Shown here piece after piece: positions 31,177 through 39,707 of a stretch of 64,000 bases of DNA (its first letter is position 1; every line of letters begins with the position of its first letter). This stretch comes from Candidatus Velthaea sp. (lineage in GTDB: Bacteria > Vulcanimicrobiota > Vulcanimicrobiia > Vulcanimicrobiales > Vulcanimicrobiaceae): NCBI GenBank assembly GCA_050012475.1, contig JBEKHC010000013.1:1-64000 (forward strand). Reading direction: 5' to 3'. Made by a program: the position numbers and the translations under genes. Under the pieces are notes generated by a model. It made no database searches and had not been told where the DNA came from. It was given only the letters and a program-made list of their open reading frames with translations.

Positions 31177-31749
31177 ATGCCTCCGAAGCCCGCTGAGAAG
31201 CCGTTTGACACCGCTCTGATCGATGTCGTACTTGACACCTTGCTTCAACGCAACCCACCGCCGCAAATCGTCGCGATTGACGAAATGGGGTTCTTCGTGC
31301 CAATGCCGCCGGCCATGCCGGCTCAGGTAGGGCGTCTTTTCAATGGGCGGACCTCGGCATTACAACTTGTCACTGCTTCTGACTTGTCGATCGTGGTCGC
31401 AACCTGGGAACGGGCGCTGCGTAAAGGCGTTGCCGACGACCGCGTCCAGCTTCTCGCCTCGGCTGACGAGCGGGTTGAGCTGCATTTCGTTGATTCGCGG
31501 CATCGCTACGGTGTGCTGCTGGGGTTCGTTTTCGTTTCAGGAACCCTCATCGAAACAGCGAACGCAGATCAGACGGTCATTCGACCGCGTGTATGGCACT
31601 TGAGAAAAGACCAATTCGCCGTCATCCGCGAGGTTGATGCGGTTATGAGCGAGATCCTTGGCTGGACTCCCCAAGAGATGATCGGTCGCCGATCGACAGA
31701 ATTCGGTTTCGCACTTATTCGGACTCTCTATCATGCGCCTTCAACGTAG
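31177..31749 (+). pseudogene. Truncated PAS-containing sensor N-terminus
   Basis: Ends within a PAS repeat (ILGWTPQEMIGRRSTEF); no output domain. Confidence 0.55.
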
Positions 31750-31805
31750 CCAGGATCTGCGGGTCTTAGAGCTTATTGTTCTCGGACTAGTCGAACCTGG
31801 GCACA

Positions 31806-33959
31806 TCACCGGAACGGAGTGCTGTCGACTACCGACTCGGCCGCATGATTCCTGGCCTCACCCCGATTAAGTGCAGCAAGCGGCACTGCGCCGCCCGTCA
31901 GCGATTCGCCCGTCAGCGCTGATGAAGCGGGTCCAAAGAAGCGGGCGTTGATTTCGTCTGCTGGCAGCGGCCGCGAGAAGTAGAAGCCCTGGACGACGCG
32001 ACAGCCGATGGCGCGCAGAGCGTTGAGCTGTTCGGCGGTCTCGACGCCTTCGACGACGCATTCGAGCGCTAGACTTTGCGAAAGCGTGAAGATCGTCGTC
32101 GCGATGGCATGGTCGAATTTGTCCGCAACGATATCCTTGATGAACGCGCGGTCGATCTTGAGCGTATCGACTGGAAAATATTTGAGATAAGAGAGCGAAC
32201 TGTAGCCGGTACCGAAGTCGTCGATGGCAAGCCGCAGACCCAATGCTTTGAGCCGCGTGAGAGTTTCGATCATGTTACCGAAGCCCTCGACCATGACGGT
32301 CTCCGTCAATTCGAGTTCAAGCCGTTCCGCGGGAAGGTTGCTGTCGGCCAGCACGGTTGCGACGAGATCGACAAAATCCGGACGCGCGAATTGCACGGTC
32401 GAAACATTGACGCAAACCCGCACGTCGATCTCGCGGTCGGCCCACGCGCGCGCTTGTCCGCAAGCAGTGCGCAACACCCATTCGCCGAGCGGAACGATCA
32501 GGCCGCTGCGATCGGCGAGAGGAATGAAATCGAGCGGCGAGATAAATCCGCGTGCCGGGTGGTTCCAGCGCACCAGCGCTTCGACGGCCACGACGCGGCC
32601 AGATTCGATGTCGACCAGCGGCTGGTATGCGAGCTCGAACTGACGATTCTCAAGCCCGTCGCGCAGCTCGTTCTGCAACTCGAGGCTACTCGCGGCATCG
32701 GCCGCGAGTTGATTCGAGTAAAAACGCAACTGGCGGCCGCTCGTCTTCGCGGCATAGATGGCCGTTTCCGCGGCAATGAGCAAACCCCGCGGATCGTGGC
32801 CGTGGTGGGGTGCTAGACTCACGCCGGCGCGCAGCGTCACGAAGTGCGAACGGCCATCGATTTCAAACGGCTGCGCTGCCGCGGCGATCATCCGTGTCGC
32901 CGCATCCCGAACGCTCGCCGGCGCGGCGACGTCGGTTAGCAGCACCGCGAACCAGTCCCCGGTAATGCGTGCGACTGTGTCGCCGCCGCGCACGCATTCG
33001 CCTAAGCGCAGGCCGACTGCGCGCAGGAGCTCATTGCCGCGCACGTACCCGAACGCGTTGTTGACGGACCGAAAATCCACAATGTTCGCGAGGATGATCG
33101 CCGTGATGCGGCCGTCGACAGCGGCTTCGCGAACCGCGTCTTCGATGCGCAAGAGCAACAGTTTTTGATTCGGCAACCCCGTGAGCGGGTCATAATGCGC
33201 GGCGCGCCAAACCTCGGCGGCAAACTGCCGCTGTTCAGTGACGTCGACGATCGTAGCGTGGCCCGCTTGTGCTGACTCCGGACCAAAAGTTCCGTGCTCT
33301 TGAAAAACCCGGCGGCTCGAGTCGCCGCTGCCGCGATACTCGACGGCATACGGCAAGCGGTCGCGTACCGCGTGCGCGATCACGACGCCGACCGCGGTCA
33401 CGTCGTCGGGGTGCACGCGTTCGCAAAGAAAGCGCGGATCCGCGGCAGTCAGCGGGTCAAGGGCAACTATTCGCGGCGGCGCCAAGATTTTCGCGTCGCC
33501 GACCGTGGCCAGATTGTTCGATGTCTCAGCGAACGCGGCCGCATCCGTGGGTCGTGCGCCGTCGGTGCCCAGAAGACCGGCAGTCGACCATCCGCGGACG
33601 AGAATGTTTATCTCCTCAAAGCCCGCTTTGCGGAGCATCGTGATGGAAACATCCTGGTGCCCCCATCGAAAAGCGAACGAGAACGTGAAGCGTTCGGAGC
33701 CTGACTCGTGCGACTGCGCGAAGGCGTCGAAACGGCCGCGAAAGGCCTGCACGTTGGTGCAGGGAGCGACGTCGCTAAAAAAGTTAAGCCCGACGCTCCG
33801 TATCGAACACCGATGGGCAAGCGTCTTCTCAGCGAGATTGTAGCGCAGGATGGTTCCCGATCGGTCGAGCGTGATGACGCCGTAGGGAAGCGCATCGAGC
33901 GCTTCGCGGCTTAGCTCGAATATCTCCCCATCTTCGGTCCGGCTTTCAGGCAAATGCAC
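31806..33959 (-). CDS. PYP-like sensor / degenerate GGDEF / EAL c-di-GMP phosphodiesterase
   Basis: LDALPYGVITLD..LRYNLAE..GLNFFSDVAPCTN (PYP); ITGDWF instead of GGDEF; VEALVRW, DDFGTGYSSL; RBS GGAG before GTG 33959. Confidence 0.9.
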   Translation of the reverse strand: MHLPESRTEDGEIFELSREALDALPYGVITLDRSGTILRYNLAEKTLAHRCSIRSVGLNFFSDVAPCTNVQAFRGRFDAFAQSHESGSERFTFSFAFRWGHQDVSITMLRKAGFEEINILVRGWSTAGLLGTDGARPTDAAAFAETSNNLATVGDAKILAPPRIVALDPLTAADPRFLCERVHPDDVTAVGVVIAHAVRDRLPYAVEYRGSGDSSRRVFQEHGTFGPESAQAGHATIVDVTEQRQFAAEVWRAAHYDPLTGLPNQKLLLLRIEDAVREAAVDGRITAIILANIVDFRSVNNAFGYVRGNELLRAVGLRLGECVRGGDTVARITGDWFAVLLTDVAAPASVRDAATRMIAAAAQPFEIDGRSHFVTLRAGVSLAPHHGHDPRGLLIAAETAIYAAKTSGRQLRFYSNQLAADAASSLELQNELRDGLENRQFELAYQPLVDIESGRVVAVEALVRWNHPARGFISPLDFIPLADRSGLIVPLGEWVLRTACGQARAWADREIDVRVCVNVSTVQFARPDFVDLVATVLADSNLPAERLELELTETVMVEGFGNMIETLTRLKALGLRLAIDDFGTGYSSLSYLKYFPVDTLKIDRAFIKDIVADKFDHAIATTIFTLSQSLALECVVEGVETAEQLNALRAIGCRVVQGFYFSRPLPADEINARFFGPASSALTGESLTGGAVPLAALNRGEARNHAAESVVDSTPFR

Positions 33960-34135
33960 GCAGGGGTCTCCATCACGGCCGCGCGCGGTGGGCCGGCCCG
34001 TCAATGACCGTATCGGCGGCGCGGGACCATATCTTAACCCCCGAAGAACGTTCTCGGGTCGTCGACCTGGCAGCCTTGCGCGACGAAAACCATTGTGGAA
34101 GCTACACGGTCGTTAAGTTAAGTCGCCACGAGAGT

Positions 34136-34166
34136 AAAAAAGGGGCCGATGCGATGCGTGGCCCCT
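34136..34166 (-). terminator. Rho-independent terminator after ssb
   Basis: AGGGGCC..GGCCCCT stem followed by a T-run on the minus strand. Confidence 0.8.
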
Positions 34167-34240
34167 GAGGTTCAGATAGACAACGATAAGGGATTCTCGC
34201 GCTAAGACTTCCCTACTTAACGAAAGAGATCTCTTGCTCC

Positions 34241-34702
34241 TTAGAAGGGAATCTCGTCGTCCAGCGCTTCCTCATCCAGACTGGAATGCGAACTGGGCGT
34301 CTTGGACATCGGTCGGACGTTGTCGTACGAGCCGCCGTCGCCGTTGGCGCGCGATGCGCCGCCTCCGCCGCCTTTGCTGTCGAGCATCTGCATGTTGTCG
34401 ATGACGACTTCGGTGGCTTTGCGCTTGTTGCCGTCTTTGTCTTCGTAGGAACGGATGACGAGCCGGCCTTCGACCAGCACGCTCATGCCCTTTTTGAGAT
34501 ACGTGTTGCACGTTTCCGCGAGTTTGTAGTTGCCGCTGTCCCACGCGACGATGTCGACGAACGTCGTCTCATCGCCGCCTTTGGTGCGGCGGTTGACCGC
34601 GATGGCGAACTTCGTCACGGCCGAGCCGGATTGGACGTACCGGATTTCCGGATCGCGAGTTAAGTTGCCGACGAGAATGATGCGATTATAACTGCCTGCC
34701 AT
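34241..34702 (-). CDS. ssb: Single-stranded DNA-binding protein
   Basis: NRIILVGNLTRDPE, C-terminal DDEIPF. Confidence 0.97.
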   Translation of the reverse strand: MAGSYNRIILVGNLTRDPEIRYVQSGSAVTKFAIAVNRRTKGGDETTFVDIVAWDSGNYKLAETCNTYLKKGMSVLVEGRLVIRSYEDKDGNKRKATEVVIDNMQMLDSKGGGGGASRANGDGGSYDNVRPMSKTPSSHSSLDEEALDDEIPF

Positions 34703-34787
34703 GACCTGCCTCCGAGTTGCTGCCGCCTTCCAAAGCATAGACGGCAGAAGTGCCAACGGGTTGTCACACCCGGGCGATTACGAAAAA

Positions 34788-35081
34788 CTAATCGTCCAGA
34801 CGGATCAGCAGCGCCCGCATCACGTCTTCGCTCAGCCGCATCTGCCGCTCGAGCTCTTTCGCTTGCGCCGCGTCGCTCTTGAATTTCATCACCACGTAAT
34901 AGCCTTCGCGCGTATCGTCGATTTCGTACGCCAACCGGCGCTTGCCCATCTTCTCGATCTCGCCGACGACTTCGCCGCCGTTGTTGGTCAGAACCCCGGC
35001 CAGCGTCGCCACGCGGGCATCGATGTCGGCCTCTTCGAGACTTGGCTTGAGGATATAGGTGACTTCGTAGTCGATCGCCAT
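34788..35081 (-). CDS. rpsF: 30S ribosomal protein S6
   Basis: YEVTYILKP, GKRRLAYEI, EGYY, ELER. Confidence 0.97.
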   Translation of the reverse strand: MAIDYEVTYILKPSLEEADIDARVATLAGVLTNNGGEVVGEIEKMGKRRLAYEIDDTREGYYVVMKFKSDAAQAKELERQMRLSEDVMRALLIRLDD

Positions 35082-35146
35082 GGTGATCCTTCTCTGGACG
35101 CCGGCACGGCCGGCGGCCCACCGCAAAGGCGGGCAGCAGGAAGCGG
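35082..35146 (-). ncRNA. Putative S6:S18 ribosomal leader RNA
   Basis: CUUCCUG-CUGCCC..GGGCCG..CCAGAGAAGG able to pair over the SD, with an internal CCG; extended -10 TGATATGAT upstream. Confidence 0.6.
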
Positions 35147-35504
35147 GCACCGTCGGCGCCCGCGCAACCCCGGGATCATATCACGCGGGCGGTCTCCCAA
35201 ACAAGGCAACGAGTCGGCCGCGGCCCAGCCCGACGCCCGGGACGACCGTTGGAACGGCCAAACAAAGGTCCTTCCTTCTACTGCTTTGGCACGGTCGAAC
35301 GCTTGGCCCGGTCCAACCCGCAGTCGGTTCGCTCAACCGGCCTGGTGCTTCGCGGCTTGCACTACCGCTCCGCCGGCGGGCGCAGCAGGATGCGTTCCAG
35401 CGGCCGCTCACGATCTGAGGGCGCGCGCCGGCCGGCAACCGCATGGGAGCGGCGGGGGAAGGCTCGCTGCCACCTTCGCTCGCCTGCGGCCGCCGCCGGT
35501 CGAA

Positions 35505-36368
35505 TCAGCGCTGACTCTTGCCCGAAAACAGCACGCGGCGCAGACGATTGAACGCATCGCCGAGCGCGGCGATCTCATCGTGACCGCGCACCGGAATATC
35601 GGCGACTTCGGCACTCCCGTCGGTCGTCTGATTCGCGGCGGTCGTGATCCGGCCCAGCGGGCGGACGACCAGCGTCGTCATCAAGATGTTGAGGATGATG
35701 AGCGAAACGAGGGTGAAGCAGATCAGCGCAGTGATCAGTGCGCGCAGCGCGCTGTCGATCAGATGGGTCGAGACCGCGGCAGGAACCGACACGATCTGCG
35801 CGCCGACGATCTCGTTGAGCTTCCAGCCGAAACCGTTGGTCGTTCCGTACTGCAGCAGCATCGTCGGGGGCGCCGCCTGCGGCGTGCTGTGGCATTCGAG
35901 GCAGGCCGGTCCGACGGCGATCGGGTGCGCCAGGAAGAGCGAGCGTCCGTCGGGCGTATCGCGTTCGCCGCTAAATTCGTGCAAGTCGGGCGCGTTGCGA
36001 AACTCGTTGACCACGTCGGCTTCCCAATCCACGGTCCGGTCGCGCGGATTGGTTGGATTGAGCGTTGCCTCTTTGTACGTATAGGCCGGATACTTGATCC
36101 GCAGGTTGTTGAAGACTTGCGTGGCGGCGTAGGCCGGCACCCACTGCGGATGAAACTCGCTCGTCCGGCGCACGCCGACGAGCGGTTTGATCTGCTCGTT
36201 CGTGTACGTGCGCATCGCCGCTGCGGCTTCCATCATCAGCTGCGCCTGCGCGAGGACCTCGCTGCGCGCATTGCGCTGCAAATACCCGTAACAGAGCGTG
36301 CCCGCGATCAAGAGCATGATCCCGAACGCGGCGACGAAGATGATGGTGAATTTTGGAGCGAGCTTCAT
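35505..36368 (-). CDS. DUF3365 (Tll0287-like) heme-c sensor with HAMP, copy B
   Basis: TM-NPTNPRD-CLECH-GAQIVSVP-TM-HAMP (DEIAALGDAFNRL); no output domain. Confidence 0.88.
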   Translation of the reverse strand: MKLAPKFTIIFVAAFGIMLLIAGTLCYGYLQRNARSEVLAQAQLMMEAAAAMRTYTNEQIKPLVGVRRTSEFHPQWVPAYAATQVFNNLRIKYPAYTYKEATLNPTNPRDRTVDWEADVVNEFRNAPDLHEFSGERDTPDGRSLFLAHPIAVGPACLECHSTPQAAPPTMLLQYGTTNGFGWKLNEIVGAQIVSVPAAVSTHLIDSALRALITALICFTLVSLIILNILMTTLVVRPLGRITTAANQTTDGSAEVADIPVRGHDEIAALGDAFNRLRRVLFSGKSQR

Positions 36369-36413
36369 GAAACGGCCTCCCGGCGGGGTGCCTTCCGGCA
36401 CACCTAGTGTACG

Positions 36414-37697
36414 TCAGCCGGGCGGCGGCTGCGGCGGTTTCGGGCTGCGGGATGCGACGACGAGCGCCGCCGCAAGTGCCCAGCCCAGGACGATGACCGC
36501 GACGATTTGCCCGGTCGCGAATCCGAACGCGTTGAACGCGTAGAAGCCGGCGACACTCGCGACGGCGCCGGCGAGGGCGCCCATGAGCAAACGCTGGGCG
36601 GAGCCGTCGAGCGCCGCCGTCCGCGGCGCGGCGACTTGCGCGGACGGCACCCGGCGCGTGACGCTGCGCCCTTGGAGCGGACGCGGCTCGAAGGGCTCGC
36701 TGTAGACGCCCGCCTCCAACGGCTCGTTTTCAAAAGCCGCGAAGCGCCACGACACCTCGCTCGAGCGCGACCCGCCGGCCGGCGAGGCGACGATGTGCGA
36801 GCAATGTTCGAGGGCCGGCAGACTTTCGGGCTCGTGGGCCAGCAACGAGCGCACGAATGCGGCGATCTTTCGCACGTCGGCATCGGCGGCCGTGCCAAGC
36901 GCCGCGAATGCCGGCGAAGCCGACGGCCGAACGTAATCCGCGTGCCGCAGAGCCAAGGATTCCTCGCCGAAACCCAGCGTCTCCCAGACCGAGCGGTCGC
37001 GCGCGACGGCAACGATCGAGAGATACACCGACCACGCCGAGAAGTTGTCGAGTTGCGGACCGAAATTCTGCGGCTGCCGGCAGGGGTGCTGAAAGTTCGG
37101 ATGGCCGTCCTCGGGGCTGAGCAAACCAGCGAACGCGGGCACGAACATCCCGTCGTAGTCGATGAGTTTGAGTTCACCCGACTGCGTCACGAGGACGTTC
37201 GACGGCTGTAGATCGGCGTGCGCCATCCCCAGCGCGTGCAAATCGCGAACCATCTCGACCCAGGCTCCGGCCAAGCGCTGCAACGCCAGCGGCGCGTCGA
37301 GGTGTTTGGCAATGTAGGTGTCGAGCGGGTCGCCTTCGACCCATTCCATTTTCAGAATCGGATAGATCCGCGAGCCAACGACGATCCCGTTTTGGAGGTA
37401 CGCAAAGTCGACCGTGTAGCGGTTGTCGCTGCGCGCGAGAAAATTGGAGATCGCGCGGTACCGCTCGGCGCGTTCGGGCGACGCGAAGTTGAAGCAGCGA
37501 ACTGCCCAGGATTTGCGGGCGTCACCGACTTTGTACACGCTGGCCACTTGGCCGCGCTTCGCCTTGGGCAAGCCGAGCACGCTGTCCGTTTCAACCGTTG
37601 CGGCCCGCAACGCCGGATCGCGAAACGCGTTAAGCGGATCTTGTAGCGCGACGACGTAGTCCGCGAACGCCGGCCACGGCTCTTCGACCGTCGTCAT
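36414..37697 (-). CDS. Ser/Thr kinase-like protein with two C-terminal TM helices
   Basis: YPILKMEWVEG, HADLQPSNVLV, LKLIDYDGMFVP, GHPNFQHP. Confidence 0.88.
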   Translation of the reverse strand: MTTVEEPWPAFADYVVALQDPLNAFRDPALRAATVETDSVLGLPKAKRGQVASVYKVGDARKSWAVRCFNFASPERAERYRAISNFLARSDNRYTVDFAYLQNGIVVGSRIYPILKMEWVEGDPLDTYIAKHLDAPLALQRLAGAWVEMVRDLHALGMAHADLQPSNVLVTQSGELKLIDYDGMFVPAFAGLLSPEDGHPNFQHPCRQPQNFGPQLDNFSAWSVYLSIVAVARDRSVWETLGFGEESLALRHADYVRPSASPAFAALGTAADADVRKIAAFVRSLLAHEPESLPALEHCSHIVASPAGGSRSSEVSWRFAAFENEPLEAGVYSEPFEPRPLQGRSVTRRVPSAQVAAPRTAALDGSAQRLLMGALAGAVASVAGFYAFNAFGFATGQIVAVIVLGWALAAALVVASRSPKPPQPPPG

Positions 37698-37825
37698 CGA
37701 GCGTAAAATTTTCGGATGACTGCTTCCTTCAAAACCGGTTTTCCATCGATTCCGAGCGGTCGATGATCACCATGCGACGCGCCGAAATCTTGCGGCATCA
37801 GAACGCCGCGTAGCAGACGGTTCTT

Positions 37826-38300
37826 TCATCGAAAACAAAGCGACGCCTCCGTTTTCGCCCGTCCTCCGGTCGAAAGTCCTCTGAGCCTTAGGTCATCTTC
37901 CACCACTCCGCGGGATCGGATGGCGGCTCCGGATCCGCGGTGGCGGTGCGATGCAGAAGCTGGCGCGCGCGGGCGATGAGGGCCGCGGCATCGATGTGCG
38001 TCCACGCGCTCATGCGCAAGCCGTAATCGAGCGCCCTGACGTAGTCGGCGCGTTCGACCGCATCGTTGGCCACCAGGCCAGAACGCTTCGATGCGTTTCT
38101 CTTTCGCGGCGACACGGCGCGGATGGGTGACCAGATTGGCGAGTAACTCGCGGCCCTTTTTTGGAGCGGCGGCCCCTGCAGCCAACCGTCGCTGCCGCGC
38201 AGCTGGAACTGGCCCAGGCAGCGCACGTTCAAGCCGTGCGCGAGCGCGGTTTCGTGAAGGTTGGCGGTTGCGGTTGCCGTCAACCTCTGGCTTGGGCGCG
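37826..38300 (-). pseudogene. SARP/BTAD-type transcriptional activator relic
   Basis: LNVRCLGQFQL..GPP, frameshift, then PKKGRELLANLVTHP..IEAFWP; truncated. Confidence 0.65.
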
Positions 38301-38305
38301 CCGGA

Positions 38306-39169
38306 TTAACGCTGATTCTTGCCGTGGAACAGGCTGCGGCGCAGCCGATTGAAGGCATCGCCGAGCGCTGCGATTTCGTCTCTGCCATGCACCGGGACGT
38401 CGGCGGCCTCGGGATTGCCGTCGAGGGTCGCATTGGCAGCTGCGGTGATTCGTCCGAGCGGCCGAATCACGAGCGACGTCATGAGGACGTTGAGGATGAT
38501 GAGCGACAGCAGCGCGAAGCAGATCAGCGACGTCACGAGCGCCCGAATCGCGCTGTCCGTCAAGCGCGTCGCGACCGCTGCCGGGACGGCAACGATCTGC
38601 GCGCCGACGATCTCGTTGAGCTTCCAACCGAAGCCGTTGACCGTACCGTACTGGACGAGCATCGTCGGCGGCGCCGCCGCGGGCGTGCTGTGGCACTCCA
38701 AGCAAGCCGGAGCGACAGCGATCGGATGCGCTAAGAAGAGCGAGCGGCCCTCGGGCGTGTCACGCTCGCCGACGTATTCGTGCGAGTCAGGGGAGTTGCG
38801 GAACGCATTGACGATGTCGGCTTCCCAATCGACGGTGCGGTCGCGCGGGTTGGTCGGATTGAGCGTCGCCTCTTTGTAGGTATAGGCGGGATATTTGAGC
38901 CGCAGGCTGTTGAAGACTTGCGTTGCCGCGTACGCCGGCACCCACTGCGCGTGAAATTCGCTCGTGCGCCGCACGCCGACCAGCGGTTTGATCTGGTCAT
39001 TGGTGTACGAACGCATCGCCGCCGCGGCTTCCATCATCAACTGCGCTTGCGCGAGGACTTCATTGCGCGCGTTGCGCTGAAGATAGCCGTAACACAACAC
39101 GCCCGCCACGAGCAGCATGACGCCGAACGCTGCCACGAAAATGACGGTGAATTTTGGCGCGAGTTTCAT
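38306..39169 (-). CDS. DUF3365 (Tll0287-like) heme-c sensor with HAMP, copy A
   Basis: Near-identical paralog of 35505-36368, CLECH intact. Confidence 0.88.
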   Translation of the reverse strand: MKLAPKFTVIFVAAFGVMLLVAGVLCYGYLQRNARNEVLAQAQLMMEAAAAMRSYTNDQIKPLVGVRRTSEFHAQWVPAYAATQVFNSLRLKYPAYTYKEATLNPTNPRDRTVDWEADIVNAFRNSPDSHEYVGERDTPEGRSLFLAHPIAVAPACLECHSTPAAAPPTMLVQYGTVNGFGWKLNEIVGAQIVAVPAAVATRLTDSAIRALVTSLICFALLSLIILNVLMTSLVIRPLGRITAAANATLDGNPEAADVPVHGRDEIAALGDAFNRLRRSLFHGKNQR

Positions 39170-39262
39170 CAAGTCGTCTCCCGGCGACGAGCGTGCGATA
39201 GGCTTGAGTGTACGCGCCGCCCGTCCTAAAAGCGTCCAGCGAACGTCGCCGGCGTCCCGCGC

Positions 39263-39610
39263 TTACGGTTCGGGCGGTCCCGGGTTGCGCGAGGCAACCG
39301 CCAAGATCCCGGCGAGCACCCAACCGAGCGCGACGATGGCGACGTACTGCCAGGCTGCAAACCCGACGAGTGAAAAACGAGGTAAACCGGCAGGCTCGCA
39401 TCCGACCCGGATGCCGGCGGCGGGACGACCGGTACGACGGGAGCCGTCCGCGGCTCGAAGGGTTCGGCGTAGTCTCCCGGCGGCAGTCGGCCGCTCCTTC
39501 GCACTTCCACTTCGTTCCGCCGGCAAAAGGATCGTCCATCGAGCCCGAACGGTCGACGATGAACAAAAGCACGACGGGTTTCTGCGGCTGATTCGGCCGA
39601 ATACGACATT
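39263..39610 (-). pseudogene. vWA (TerY-like) 5' relic fused to a kinase 3' relic
   Basis: MSYSAE / SRRNPSCF / FIVDRSGSMDDPF (MIDAS DxSxS) across frameshifts; then GDYAEPFEPR and VAIVALGWVLAGILAVASRNPGPPEP, paralogous to the kinase C-terminus. Confidence 0.75.
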
Positions 39611-39707
39611 CGTTCGGTTTCCAAAGCGGGTCGATGTATCCGTGATCGCCCACGGCTCTATCGAAAAGCTCTCCGCCCGAAACACCGCCGGCCACCGGGG
39701 CCGGCGG

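Noticed and set aside
34168..34240. Possible rpsR after ssb
   Set aside because: Too short and no S18-like sequence; terminator follows
34701..36407. Long plus-strand ORFs here and at 39795, 44715, 51544, 54696 and 57013
   Set aside because: Antisense shadows of well-supported minus-strand genes in high-GC DNA
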